A stretch of DNA of 32,000 nucleotides. It comes from Desulfotalea psychrophila LSv54 (lineage in GTDB: Bacteria; Desulfobacterota; Desulfobulbia; Desulfobulbales; Desulfocapsaceae). Location of the stretch: contig NC_006138.1 in assembly GCF_000025945.1 (NCBI RefSeq), positions 3,300,001-3,332,000 of the forward strand, in the 5' to 3' direction. How positions within the stretch are numbered: position 1 is the stretch's first letter; every line of letters begins with the position of its first letter. Position numbers and translations under genes: made by a program. The notes below the pieces were generated by a model. It was not told where the DNA came from. It ran no database searches and saw nothing but the letters and a program-made list of their open reading frames with translations. Below, in pieces: positions 10,864 to 20,882 of the stretch.

Positions 10864-12423
10864 CTATAAAACAGGGTCTGTTTTTATCATTTTACCCGCG
10901 AAAAAAACAAGTATAATTACGGGAACGCCCATCAGGGCTGTTAATATAAAAAACTGTTCATAACCAATACTACCCACAATAGAACCGCTATATCCACCAA
11001 TAAACTTAGGAAGCAGGGTCATTATAGAAGAAAATATTGCATACTGCACCGCCGTAAAAGATATATTGGTGAGGCTGGAGAGAAAGGCAACAAAGGCGGT
11101 GGAGGCAATGCCGGCACAGAGATTGTCTGCGCCTATAACCAGAGCTAAAAGGCCAAGATTTTCGCCTGCACCAACGAGCAGGGCAAAAAAGATATTTGTT
11201 ATGGATGCTAAAACCGCCCCCAACATCAAGACCCTATACATACCAAAGCGCAGGGTCAGTACCCCCCCTAAAAAGCCCCCGACCAGAGTCATGGAAAGAC
11301 CGAATGTTTTGGTTATGCCGGCAATGGCATTCTTAGAAAAGCCCATATCCAGATAAAAGACATTTGAGATCACCCCGAGGACAATATCAGAAATACGATA
11401 ACAACCCACCAAAGCCAAAAGCAAGAGGGCTGTCCTCATACCAAAACGATCAAAAAATTCTCGTACTGGTCGCACATAACTTGCCTCCAGCATTCCTGTC
11501 GGGACAAGACCTGTCTTTGCCACCATTTTCCCCACCGCCAGGGCAACCAGCAGGGCTGAAAACAAATGAATTGCCTCAACAAAAAAAGATGCCCCCTGCT
11601 CACCTAAAATTGGCAAAAACAGACAGGACAGGCCAGAGAAGAGATGAGCACCGTAAAAAAAGCTGAGGGCAAAGGAGAGGGCCATAAGGGCAAAGAGAAA
11701 AAGAAACCTGCAGTAAGCCAGAGGACTATACTGATGCCTCGGGTGGGCGGCTCTGGTTGGCTCAGAGGTGCAGAGAGTGGTTACAACCCCCACCAGCATA
11801 ATGACCGCCATTATCAAATAGGTGAAACGCCAGGCTGAATAGTGATAGGCCCCTGCATCCGTCCCAAAATATGAGGCAATGAACAGGGAGCCGGCACCTG
11901 CTACCAACATCCCCACCCGGTAACCAGCAATATAGACCGAGGCCAACAGGGCCTGCTTCTCCTCCCCGGCAAGCTCTATCCGATAGGCATCAATGACAAT
12001 ATCCTGGGTAGCCGAGGAAAAGCCAAGAAAAACCGCAGCCAGGGCCATCAGGACAAGGTTTGTTCCTCCCAAAACCGGATCCAGAGAACTCATCCAAATA
12101 ATGGCAGCTATGATAGAGCATTGCGACAGGAGGAGCCAGGACCTCCTCTTTCCCAATTTTTTACTGAGAAAGGGAAGGGGCAGGAGATCGACCAGAGGAG
12201 CCCAGATAAATTTAAATGAATAGCCAAGGGCCGCCCAACTAAAAAATGTGACGGCAGAACGGCTCACCCCAGCCTCCCTAAGCCAGACGGAAAGGGTTGA
12301 AAATATCAGTAAAATTGGAATTCCTGCAGAAAAGCCAAGAAGTAACATCACCAGCACCTGAGGGGTCAGCCACTGCTTCAGGGCCTCGCTCCAGGGGAGA
12401 TTTTTATTCATATTACGGCTCAT
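10864..12423 (-). CDS. ampG: AmpG-family MFS permease (muropeptide transporter)
   Basis: MNKNLPWSEALKQWLTPQVLVMLLLGFSAGIPILLIFSTLSVWLREAGVSRSAVTFFSWAALGYSFKFIWAPLVD, typical of the AmpG N-terminus; about a dozen hydrophobic segments. Confidence 0.88.
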   Translation of the reverse strand: MSRNMNKNLPWSEALKQWLTPQVLVMLLLGFSAGIPILLIFSTLSVWLREAGVSRSAVTFFSWAALGYSFKFIWAPLVDLLPLPFLSKKLGKRRSWLLLSQCSIIAAIIWMSSLDPVLGGTNLVLMALAAVFLGFSSATQDIVIDAYRIELAGEEKQALLASVYIAGYRVGMLVAGAGSLFIASYFGTDAGAYHYSAWRFTYLIMAVIMLVGVVTTLCTSEPTRAAHPRHQYSPLAYCRFLFLFALMALSFALSFFYGAHLFSGLSCLFLPILGEQGASFFVEAIHLFSALLVALAVGKMVAKTGLVPTGMLEASYVRPVREFFDRFGMRTALLLLALVGCYRISDIVLGVISNVFYLDMGFSKNAIAGITKTFGLSMTLVGGFLGGVLTLRFGMYRVLMLGAVLASITNIFFALLVGAGENLGLLALVIGADNLCAGIASTAFVAFLSSLTNISFTAVQYAIFSSIMTLLPKFIGGYSGSIVGSIGYEQFFILTALMGVPVIILVFFAGKMIKTDPVL

Positions 12424-12631
12424 TCTTGTCTTTTCTCCTCTAAAGGATTATTCTAGTTACTTGAACATTAATAGTTTTTCTGTTTTTTCTGCCTAAAGGG
12501 TCAACAATAAAGAACATAATCCTGGCAAAAATCTCAGAACTATATACAAGCAGAGTAGGTGATAGTACAGGTCACATACTACAATTTTTCCTTTAAAATA
12601 CAAGAAGAGCAAACACTCTACAAATTATACA

Positions 12632-14101
12632 ATGGATATCCGAGTATACAACACCTTAAGCGGTAAGAAAGAGCCCCTGCAACCCATTGAACCAAACCAC
12701 GTCAAACTCTATGTATGCGGCATTACCTCTTATGATTACTGCCATATAGGTCATGCCCGCTCAGCTCTGGCCTTTGACATGATCGTGCGCTATCTGCGCT
12801 ACTTGGATTACAAGGTAACCTTTGTCCGTAATTTCACAGACATTGACGATAAAATTATCGCCAGAGCAAACGAAACAGGGGTTACGGCCCAAGCACTGGC
12901 AGAACGCTTTATCGACGAGTTCCATACCGATATGGATAACCTCGGTACCCTTCGCCCTGATATTGAACCAAAGGCCACCGAGCATATTCAGGAGATGATT
13001 GACATTATCCAGGAACTGGTGGACAAGGATATGGCCTACCCATCGGCAGGTGATGTCTACTATGTGGTCAACTCCTTTCCAGAATATGGCAAGCTGTCGG
13101 GACGCAATATTGAGGACATGCAAGCAGGTGCCCGTATCTCCATCAATGAGCAGAAGAGAAACCCCATGGATTTCGCTCTTTGGAAGGCTTCAAAACCAGG
13201 CGAGCCCTCTTGGGAGAGCCCTTGGGGACCAGGTCGCCCTGGCTGGCACATAGAGTGTTCTGCCATGAGTCGCAAATATCTCGGTGAAAATTTCGATATC
13301 CACGGCGGTGGCAAGGATCTTATCTTCCCCCACCACGAAAATGAAATTGCCCAGAGTGAAGGTGCCAACGGCAAGCCATTTGCCAACACCTGGATTCATC
13401 ACGGTTTTGTCACCATTAAAGATGAGAAAATGTCCAAATCTCTGGGCAACTTCCTCACCATCAAGGATATCTTAGATCATTATCATCCAGAGATCCTCCG
13501 GGCCTTTATCTTCTCCACCCAATATCGTAACCCACTGGATTTTTCTGAGATTGCCATGCAGGATGCTGAGACAGCTCTGGTTCGCCTCTATGAATGTCTG
13601 CACGATATTCAGCAACTGGCCAAGGGCGATCCCACCCTGCCTGCCCTTATCTCAGCCAAAGATGCGGCCAAGCTGAACTCCATTGAGACGCGCTTCCAAG
13701 AAGCCATGAACAATGATTTCAACACCGCCCTAGCGCTTGGTGTCCTCTATGATGCAATCAAAATCATCAACCGGGCCCAAAGGGCATTAACCGACACCCC
13801 AAGCGCCCTGGACGTCAAGATGCTCAAGGGCAGCATGACCCTTATCCAGAAACTTGCCGGCATCGTCGGACTGCTCCAAGAAGATGCCAACCTCTTCCTC
13901 CAGCAGCGAAAAGAGAAGATGCTGAGCGGAATCGATATCACTGAAGCAGAGATAGAGAGCTATATCCAGCAACGTCTTGATGCCCGAGCAAATAAGGACT
14001 GGGCTCGAAGCGACGAAATCAGAGATATTCTCTTGGAAAAAGGTATCACCCTCAAGGATGGCGCCGACGGCACAGGTTGGTCCGTGCATCGCGCTAACTA
14101 A
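12632..14101 (+). CDS. cysS: Cysteinyl-tRNA synthetase
   Basis: VKLYVCGITSYDYCHIGHARSALAFDMIVRYLRY; RPGWHIECSAMSRKYLGENFDIHGGGKDLIFPHHENEIAQSE; KMSKSLGNF. Confidence 0.97.
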   Translation: MDIRVYNTLSGKKEPLQPIEPNHVKLYVCGITSYDYCHIGHARSALAFDMIVRYLRYLDYKVTFVRNFTDIDDKIIARANETGVTAQALAERFIDEFHTDMDNLGTLRPDIEPKATEHIQEMIDIIQELVDKDMAYPSAGDVYYVVNSFPEYGKLSGRNIEDMQAGARISINEQKRNPMDFALWKASKPGEPSWESPWGPGRPGWHIECSAMSRKYLGENFDIHGGGKDLIFPHHENEIAQSEGANGKPFANTWIHHGFVTIKDEKMSKSLGNFLTIKDILDHYHPEILRAFIFSTQYRNPLDFSEIAMQDAETALVRLYECLHDIQQLAKGDPTLPALISAKDAAKLNSIETRFQEAMNNDFNTALALGVLYDAIKIINRAQRALTDTPSALDVKMLKGSMTLIQKLAGIVGLLQEDANLFLQQRKEKMLSGIDITEAEIESYIQQRLDARANKDWARSDEIRDILLEKGITLKDGADGTGWSVHRAN

Positions 14102-14126
14102 ACAGCATCAAAAGGCGGGATTCCTC

Positions 14127-14155
14127 TTCTGATCTCTCCATTGGAGAGATCAGAA
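14127..14155. terminator. Strong hairpin just downstream of cysS, with no clear poly-U tract
   Basis: TTCTGATCTCTCC-ATT-GGAGAGATCAGAA, a 13-bp perfect inverted repeat with a 3-nt loop, starting 26 nt after the cysS stop. Confidence 0.45.
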
Positions 14156-14286
14156 TAGCATCACTACCAAGAATTTGGGATGGCCCGAAAGGTTATTCCT
14201 TACCAGAGGTGCCCTGCTACTTTTGACGAATTGGCCTTCTTCGGGTAGCAGGTTGCCTTTTACTCTTTATAGCCAAGGTAGAAGAG

Positions 14287-14457
14287 ATGGCACCACCAGA
14301 AAACACAAAGGACACACCCGTTTCTGAAGAGTTGCTCCTTAAGATCTCTAAGGAAATTATCATAAAATTTATCGAGGTTGGTCGGGTTACCCCCGCCACC
14401 TTCGGCGAATCCTTTACCAACATTCATAACTCTATCAGAAAGAGTGCGCAGAGATAA
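14287..14457 (+). CDS. Short hypothetical protein (56 aa), immediately upstream of mpl and missed by the ORF track length cutoff
   Basis: Manual translation: MAPPENTKDTPVSEELLLKISKEIIIKFIEVGRVTPATFGESFTNIHNSIRKSAQR*. The stop TAA is followed after one base by the mpl ATG (TAATATG). Confidence 0.65.
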   Translation: MAPPENTKDTPVSEELLLKISKEIIIKFIEVGRVTPATFGESFTNIHNSIRKSAQR

Positions 14458-14458
14458 T

Positions 14459-15895
14459 ATGGAACTCGATCCCCTCCTGAACAAGGTCCCTGAGAAAATA
14501 GAACATATCCATATACTTGGTATATGCGGAACAGGTATGGCTGCCCTAGCTGGCATGCTACAGAGCCTCGGATACCGGATAAGTGGTAGCGACCAACAGG
14601 TCTATCCGCCCATGTCTGATTTTCTGGTAGATCTTGGAGTTCATCTCCACCAACCCTACTCTGCAAAAAATCTTAGCCAGGAACCCGATCTTGTTATTAT
14701 TGGCAATGTCATTCGCCGTAGCAACGAAGAGGCCCTTGAAGTTGGCCGGAGGGGACTGCCTTACCTCTCCTTTCCCCAGGCCCTCGCTCATTTTTTCATC
14801 CGCTCCCGCAGTTCACTGGTGATCACCGGCACCCACGGCAAGACCACCACCTGCTCTCTGTTGGCCTCCGTACTCTACCACGCAAAACTTGACCCCACCT
14901 TTATGATTGGTGGAATTGTCCGTGAATTCAACAGTAATTTCAGACTGGGCAAGGGAAAATATTTCGTTGCAGAAGGTGATGAGTACGATACCGCCTTCTT
15001 TGATAAGGAATCTAAATTCCTTCACTACCGACCCCAGATTGCGGTGATCACCTCTCTGGAGTTTGATCACGCCGATATCTTTGCTGATCTTGAGCAGATA
15101 AAACGAGCCTTCGCCAAGTTCATCCAGCTCTTGCCTCCGGACGGGTTGCTTATTGCCAATCTGGACAATCCCGATATTGCCGAACTGGCCCAAGCCGCCC
15201 CCTGCCCGGTAGAAGGCTATGGCCTCAACAGCTCCTTCCCCTGGTCTCTGGGCAAGATAAGCAGCCAGAGCGGTTACACCCACTTTGAAGTGCTCAAAGA
15301 CGGCACACTCTGGGACAGCTTCACCGTCGCACTGCCCGGACAGCATAACTGTCTCAACAGCCTTGCCGTCTGTGCCATCATGCACCATCTTGGACTTGAT
15401 ACCAAAACCATCAACCAGGGACTGGTGGCCTTTGGGGGCGTGAAGAGAAGACAGGAGATACGGGGAATAGAAAACAATATCACTGTCATTGATGATTTTG
15501 CCCACCATCCAACAGCGGTCAGAGAAACACTGGCGGCCCTCAAAGCTGCCTACCCACAGAACCGCCTGGTGACTGTTTTTGAACCTCGTACCAACTCATC
15601 AAGAAGAACCATCTTTCAAAAACAGTACAGCGAATCCTTTGACAGCAGCAATATTGTCCTACTCCGCGAGCCCGTCCCCCTGGTGGACTACCCCGCAGAC
15701 CAGCTCTTCTCCTCGAAACAGCTGACCTGCGACCTAAAAAAACGCGGGCTCAAGGCGGCCTCTTTTGCCAATACCGACCAGATCCTCCTCCACCTTAAAA
15801 GTCTCCTCCAACCAGGAGATGTCGTTGCCATTCTTTCAAATGGTGGCTTTGACAACATCCATGTCAGATTATTGGAGAGCCTTAGAGAAAATTAG
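14459..15895 (+). CDS. mpl: Mpl-like UDP-N-acetylmuramate:L-alanyl-gamma-D-glutamyl-meso-diaminopimelate ligase (Mur ligase family)
   Basis: HIHILGICGTGMAALAGMLQSLGYRISGSDQQVYPPMSDFLVDLG; VITGTHGKTTTCSLLASVLYHAKLDPTFMIGG; GVKRRQEIRG; DDFAHHPTAVRETL. ATG at 14459 preferred over the upstream TTG at 14378, which would overlap the small ORF. Confidence 0.88.
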   Translation: MELDPLLNKVPEKIEHIHILGICGTGMAALAGMLQSLGYRISGSDQQVYPPMSDFLVDLGVHLHQPYSAKNLSQEPDLVIIGNVIRRSNEEALEVGRRGLPYLSFPQALAHFFIRSRSSLVITGTHGKTTTCSLLASVLYHAKLDPTFMIGGIVREFNSNFRLGKGKYFVAEGDEYDTAFFDKESKFLHYRPQIAVITSLEFDHADIFADLEQIKRAFAKFIQLLPPDGLLIANLDNPDIAELAQAAPCPVEGYGLNSSFPWSLGKISSQSGYTHFEVLKDGTLWDSFTVALPGQHNCLNSLAVCAIMHHLGLDTKTINQGLVAFGGVKRRQEIRGIENNITVIDDFAHHPTAVRETLAALKAAYPQNRLVTVFEPRTNSSRRTIFQKQYSESFDSSNIVLLREPVPLVDYPADQLFSSKQLTCDLKKRGLKAASFANTDQILLHLKSLLQPGDVVAILSNGGFDNIHVRLLESLREN

Positions 15896-15898
15896 CCC

Positions 15899-16231
15899 CT
15901 ATTGCTGCAGAGGTCGAAGGATCTCTGCAAGCTTCCCTGAAACACCTGAAAAATCAAAGGAGACACTTTCCTGCTTTGCGGCCTGCTCAATGGTCAGGGC
16001 ACAGTCACCGGCCCCCTGCAAGCCGAGATTAAGCAGAGCACCTTTAATTTTATGGGCTGCCCGGGCGATATCTGCCATGACCGCCGAGGCGATCGCAGTA
16101 TCAAGCTCCTGCTGATTCTGAATCATGGCGGTGCAAAAACGAGGAATCAAGGCATCTATCTGCGCCTCCTCTAAACCAAATTGCTCCAGCAAGTGTTTCT
16201 TTATACAGGTACGACTCACCTCTTCACACAT
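15899..16231 (-). CDS. Hpt (histidine phosphotransfer) domain-like small protein
   Basis: DIARAAHKIKGALLNLGLQGAGDCALTIEQAAK matches the AHxxKG Hpt signature. The likely start is MCEEVSRTC at 16231, with GGAG upstream. Confidence 0.7.
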   Translation of the reverse strand: MCEEVSRTCIKKHLLEQFGLEEAQIDALIPRFCTAMIQNQQELDTAIASAVMADIARAAHKIKGALLNLGLQGAGDCALTIEQAAKQESVSFDFSGVSGKLAEILRPLQQ

Positions 16232-16288
16232 AGTGTCTCCTTTTAAAATATAGTATATATCGCCTATCCACCACATACAGTACCAAAA

Positions 16289-17704
16289 ATGTTAGAAAAG
16301 ACAATTTATTATAAGATGATAACCCTGAAAGTCAAAAATATTATTAAAGAGAAACTTCCGCTAAAGTCAGGGGATAAAATCATTGTTGGCGTTTCGGGTG
16401 GGGCAGACTCCATCGCCCTCCTTCATATCCTGACAGAGCTGAATCTCGATCTGCAACTTATCGCCATCTACATTGACCATGGACTACGCCCCGACGAAAT
16501 TCCACAGGAAATATCCTTTGTCAAAGGGCAGGCAGGGGCCGTCGGCGCAGAATTTGAATCCATCAGCGTTGACGTATTGGCCCTGAAAAACTGTGACAAG
16601 CTCTCCACGGAAGACGCCGCCCGCAGGCTCCGCTATCAGGCATTTGCAGAGGCCCGAGAGCGCTACGGGGCCAAGTATATCATGGTGGCCCATAACGCAG
16701 ATGACCAAGTAGAGGAGTTTTTCATCAGACTCCTACGTGGTTCAGGTCGCAGGGGGCTTTCGGGAATGCCCTACCAGAACGGCCTCCTCCTCCGCCCTCT
16801 GCTCTCCCTTACCAAGGCCGATCTCCTCCTCTATCTGCAGGAAAGAGGTATTGACCACTGCGAAGACTCCTCCAACAGAGAGCCCTGCTACCTGCGCAAT
16901 CGCATCCGACTCGACCTCCTGCCAAGGCTTGAAGAGTACAACCCATCCCTCCGCAGAACTATTTTAAATACCAGTTCCATCCTGGAGTCGGAGGAAGATT
17001 TCCTGGAGAAAAGCGCCCGCGAACTATTTAACAGATCCACTCGAATCAACAGGGAAGGGAAATTGCCCAAGACAGAGCTTGATTGTCGTAGTTTTTCCGG
17101 GGGACACCAGGCACTGCAGAGACGAGTCATAGAGCTTATCTGTTGGCAGATGGACGCTCAACCCAGTTTTACCCATATTGAAAATATTTGCCGATTGGCA
17201 ACAGAGGGAACCTCAGCAAAGACATTACAACTCGGTAGTGGTTTACGGGTGAAAAAAGAGATAAGCCAAGTGGTCTTCCACTACCCACTGGGCAGAATTG
17301 CCACCCGCCAAGGCGAAAGAGAGATACGACTAGAGCGTAGAATCGACGGCGAGGGTATCTTTGCCATCCCTGAACTCAATCGGCAACTGACCATCTCCAC
17401 AGGCGAAGGGGCGGGAGAAGGTCGGCTCTTGGTGGACAGGGAAAAGATCAATTTTCCCCTCCTCCTCCGCTTCCACAGAGCAGGGGAAAAATTCCATCCT
17501 CTGGGTGCACCAGGCAGGAAGAAGGTTAGTCGCTTCCTCACCGACAAAAAAGTACACGGTGAGGACAAGCAACTCTATCCGGTGCTCATTAACGGTGATG
17601 GTAACATCATTGCCATTGTTGGTCTGGCAATCGCTGCCCAATTCAAAAAAACGGAGACAAGCAAACAGCTCATCTCCATAGGCTGGCAGGAGACTACAAC
17701 TTAG
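16289..17704 (+). CDS. tilS: tRNA(Ile)-lysidine synthetase
   Basis: [22 protein letters not shown]; [11 protein letters not shown]; [14 protein letters not shown]; [28 protein letters not shown]. An alternative start is ATG at 16316. Confidence 0.93.
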
Positions 17705-17752
17705 AAGCGGAGCGTAGCGAAGTGGCGAAAAACGAAAAGCAGTTAACCACAG

Positions 17753-17779
17753 AGATCACAGAGATCACAGAGATCACAG
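17753..17779. repeat. 9-bp tandem repeat, 3 perfect copies plus a partial copy (AGATCACAG)
   Basis: AACCACAG followed by AGATCACAG x3 (17753-17761, 17762-17770, 17771-17779), then AG. Confidence 0.95.
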
Positions 17780-17906
17780 AGCAAATTAATTAAAAAGCAA
17801 AGAAACGACAGTACCAGATAATCAGCCTACAGTGAGAATTTCAAAAAACCATATTTAATAGCTGGGGGATGAGCGTAGTGGCGAGGCTCTTTTCTTTCGT
17901 CGTAAG

Positions 17907-17987
17907 CCATACCACCGTCGTATGATCAAGCCATACTACCGTCGTATGATCAAGCCATACTACCGTCGTATGATCAAGCCATACTAC
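17907..17987. repeat. 24-bp tandem repeat, 3 copies plus a partial fourth
   Basis: CCATACYACCGTCGTATGATCAAG at 17907-17930, 17931-17954 and 17955-17978, then CCATACTAC at 17979-17987. Each unit contains CATAC...GTATG dyad symmetry. Confidence 0.95.
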
Positions 17988-18144
17988 TGGTTCGCATTTG
18001 AGTAAAAGAGATACATATATCAGTTTTTGGATAATACACGGGTAAAGCTGAAACGACTTTACCCGAAAATTTAAATGCTGTGCTAGAGCTTAGAGGCAGA
18101 ATGGCGAAAAATAATCAGGCTGAAAAAGCGCTAACTGTTTTTCA

Positions 18145-18172
18145 CTTTTAGCTGACAGCTTTTAACTGACAG
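18145..18172. repeat. 14-bp tandem duplication
   Basis: CTTTTAGCTGACAG (18145-18158) then CTTTTAACTGACAG (18159-18172), one mismatch. Confidence 0.85.
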
Positions 18173-18178
18173 CTGCAG

Positions 18179-20110
18179 TTAGGCCTTACGACGCAAAATG
18201 CGCTTATCACCAACCCGCATGGTCAATTTTACCCGGTCAAAGTATTCGAGAATTGGAATAGAAAATTTCCTGGAGAGACCGCTCAGCTCCTTCATCCCCG
18301 GGGCGTCTATCTCGCCCAGGCGTTGAATACGCTCCTCGATCTGCCTACTTAACTCGTCTATGATCTCCTTTGCATAGTAGAGCGTCTCGCTGATCTTAAC
18401 CAGCTTCCCCTCACGTAATTGCAGGGCCAGGACCTCTTTGACCAGAGACTCTGAATAATCGGCAAAATGGTCCATGGTCTCCCGAATGGTGGGGGTCGCT
18501 GTCCCCCTCTGCTGATACCAGACGAGCAAGTCCCGCTGCAGCTCTTCCTCATCAGCCTTCAGGGCAACCTCATGGCTTGCCATATGGACCAGAGAATCTT
18601 CCTGCACCAGAACATCTTTACGGACAAGATCGGCGAGACACCAGTTAAAGAGCTTGGCATCCACCCGGGCCCCAAGACCTGAACGTAACTCCTCCTTGGC
18701 AATACCTGCCTGCAGAGGATTTTCTTTATGGTAGGCAACAAGGCTTAGGATAAGTCGATCCTTCAGTTGCTCTCCATACTCTGCAAAAATATAGCGTTGC
18801 AGGGAGGGATCAACCATGATCATCCGCCTGCTTGAAAGGGGGGCAGCAATGACCTTCTTCAGCTGCTTGGCAAAGAGCCCCAGACGCACGCCTATATCAT
18901 CCAAACAGAGCCCTGTCATCCCCGCATCTTTCAAGAAGAAGAGAATCTTTTCTTCGTAATCCCCAACCTTGAGACAGTGATAGGCGGCAATGTTTTTCTG
19001 CCGATCTGCCTCGTTGACCCGCTTGCGCTTTCTGGGCGAGACATTACCTAAAACAGTACCACCACCGATGGTAACGACAGGAGAGTAACTTCTCACCACA
19101 AAACGATCACCAGGCCAAACAGCAACCTGCTCCTCAAGTAAAACCTGCACCATGGTCTCATCACCGGGCTGCAACTCATCCCGATCAAGCAGGGATATTC
19201 TGCCCATTATCTCAGCCGTACCAAGGTGAACCCGCACCCGGGCACGATGTTTAAGCGCCTTGCTATTAGAGGCGATATAGAGGAATTCACAGTCAAGCAT
19301 ATAGGTCGCCTGCAGGCTGCCATCATGGGCCAGGACCATACCACGCGCTATATCCGCAATATCCACTCCCTGCAGGTTAATAGCCGTGCGATGCCCAGCC
19401 TCAACATAATCCACAGCCTCGGAGTGGACCTGAAGACCTCGCACCTTGGCTACCAGCTCACCGGGATAGAAACGCAACTCATCACCCAGTGCGGCCCGGC
19501 CGGAAAGTGACGTCCCCGTCACCACTGCCCCAAAACCCTTCATGGCAAAAACACGATCAACGGCTAGGCGAAAAGAACCAAATATCTCGTTAAAGCTCTG
19601 CCTCTTCACCAGTTCATCGAGAACATCCCGCACCTCATCCAAACCCTCACCAGAGGCAGATGAGACGGGAAGAATAGGGGCATCCTCTAAAAAGCTGCCC
19701 TGGCAAAACTCCCGAATCTCCTCTTCAACCATCTCCAGCCAATCGGGATCAACCAGATCTTTTTTGGTGAGAATAATCAGACCTTGCTTCACCCCCATCA
19801 GCTGACAAATTTCAAAATGCTCTTTGGTCTGGGGCATAATGCCCTCATCGGCGGCAATGATAAAGGCAAGAATATCCATACCGGAGACACCCGCCACCAT
19901 GTTTTTAACAAACTTTTCATGGCCGGGGACATCAACAATGCCGAGGCGATGCCCGCAGGGAAGATCCATATAGGCAAAACCCAACTCAATGGTAATGCCA
20001 CGTTTTTTCTCTTCCTTAAGGCGATCCGTCTCTATCCCTGTAAGGGCCCGGACAAAGCTTGTCTTGCCATGATCTACATGACCTGCTGTACCAAGAACTA
20101 TTTCACGCAT
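18179..20110 (-). CDS. selB: Selenocysteine-specific translation elongation factor SelB
   Basis: [51 protein letters not shown]...[23 protein letters not shown]; long C-terminal region compatible with winged-helix SECIS-binding domains. Confidence 0.94.
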   Translation of the reverse strand: MREIVLGTAGHVDHGKTSFVRALTGIETDRLKEEKKRGITIELGFAYMDLPCGHRLGIVDVPGHEKFVKNMVAGVSGMDILAFIIAADEGIMPQTKEHFEICQLMGVKQGLIILTKKDLVDPDWLEMVEEEIREFCQGSFLEDAPILPVSSASGEGLDEVRDVLDELVKRQSFNEIFGSFRLAVDRVFAMKGFGAVVTGTSLSGRAALGDELRFYPGELVAKVRGLQVHSEAVDYVEAGHRTAINLQGVDIADIARGMVLAHDGSLQATYMLDCEFLYIASNSKALKHRARVRVHLGTAEIMGRISLLDRDELQPGDETMVQVLLEEQVAVWPGDRFVVRSYSPVVTIGGGTVLGNVSPRKRKRVNEADRQKNIAAYHCLKVGDYEEKILFFLKDAGMTGLCLDDIGVRLGLFAKQLKKVIAAPLSSRRMIMVDPSLQRYIFAEYGEQLKDRLILSLVAYHKENPLQAGIAKEELRSGLGARVDAKLFNWCLADLVRKDVLVQEDSLVHMASHEVALKADEEELQRDLLVWYQQRGTATPTIRETMDHFADYSESLVKEVLALQLREGKLVKISETLYYAKEIIDELSRQIEERIQRLGEIDAPGMKELSGLSRKFSIPILEYFDRVKLTMRVGDKRILRRKA

Positions 20111-20137
20111 AGGGGTCTATTGAGTTAAATTCAAGAG

Positions 20138-20779
20138 TTATTTGAGAAAAGGGTTGGCTCGTTTTTCAAAACCGATGTGAGAACGATCCCCGCCATAGCC
20201 ATGTCCAGGCCAAACAATGGTCTCATCCGGCAGGACGAAGAGCTTGGTCCTGATGGAGTTGAGAAGGTCCTGATGATTGCCACCCATGAAATCGGTGCGT
20301 CCCACGGCGGTCACGAAGAGGGTATCTCCAGTAAAGAGATCACCATCAGGACCATCATTATTATAAAGACACATTCCGCCCGGAGTATGACCGGGAGTGT
20401 GAAGAACCTTAAGAACAACCTCACCAATATTTATGGTATCGCCATCGACCACGGTAATATCCACGGGCGGAGAGAACTCAAGACCCAGATGGGAAAAATG
20501 ATCCTTAACCTCAGCCTTGGCAAAAAACTCGGCATCCAGGGCATGCATGATAATCTTTGCCCCCGTTGCCTCTTGTATTCTACGGTTACCACAGACATGA
20601 TCCGGATGACCGTGGGTGGCAATAATATACTGAAGATCCAAACCTGCCTTCTCAATTGCAGCAAGCACGCGATCTTCGTCACCACCAACATCTATAAGGG
20701 CAGCCTTCTTGGTCTTCTCACAGCTGACGAGATAGCAACAAACGCCCATCGTCCCCACTGTTATCTGCTCTATTTTCAT
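20138..20779 (-). CDS. Metallo-beta-lactamase-fold hydrolase (glyoxalase II-like)
   Basis: IIATHGHPDHVCGNRRIQ; LHTPGHTPGGMCLY; DLFTGDTLFV; VWPGHGYGG. The likely start is MKIEQITVG at 20779. Confidence 0.9.
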   Translation of the reverse strand: MKIEQITVGTMGVCCYLVSCEKTKKAALIDVGGDEDRVLAAIEKAGLDLQYIIATHGHPDHVCGNRRIQEATGAKIIMHALDAEFFAKAEVKDHFSHLGLEFSPPVDITVVDGDTINIGEVVLKVLHTPGHTPGGMCLYNNDGPDGDLFTGDTLFVTAVGRTDFMGGNHQDLLNSIRTKLFVLPDETIVWPGHGYGGDRSHIGFEKRANPFLK

Positions 20780-20840
20780 ATACACTACCATTTTTTTTGG
20801 GTTAGCTGAAAGATTGCAGCTTTCAAACGGCCCCTATTTG

Positions 20841-20870
20841 ATTTCACAGGCGAACTTTCGCCTGTGAAAT
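20841..20870. terminator. Strong hairpin just downstream of the mrp-like gene; possible terminator, without a strong U-tract
   Basis: ATTTCACAGGCGAA-CT-TTCGCCTGTGAAAT: perfect 14-nt arms, with the central 4 nt ACTT forming the likely loop. It lies 12 nt after the mrp stop on the minus strand. Confidence 0.5.
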
Positions 20871-20882
20871 ATTCAACAAACT

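Noticed and set aside
8058-13475. Many 60-150 aa ORFs antisense or in alternative frames to manB, manC, ampG and cysS (for example 8374..8808, 8959..9369, 10210..10407, 11364..11666)
   Set aside because: They lie opposite well-supported conserved genes, lack recognisable motifs, and are expected shadow ORFs.
14813-15508. 231-aa minus-strand ORF inside mpl
   Set aside because: Fully antisense to a confidently identified Mur ligase; no family signature in the translation.
17907-17987. Possible CRISPR array
   Set aside because: Units are directly abutting 24-mers with no unique spacers, only about 3.4 copies, and no cas genes nearby.
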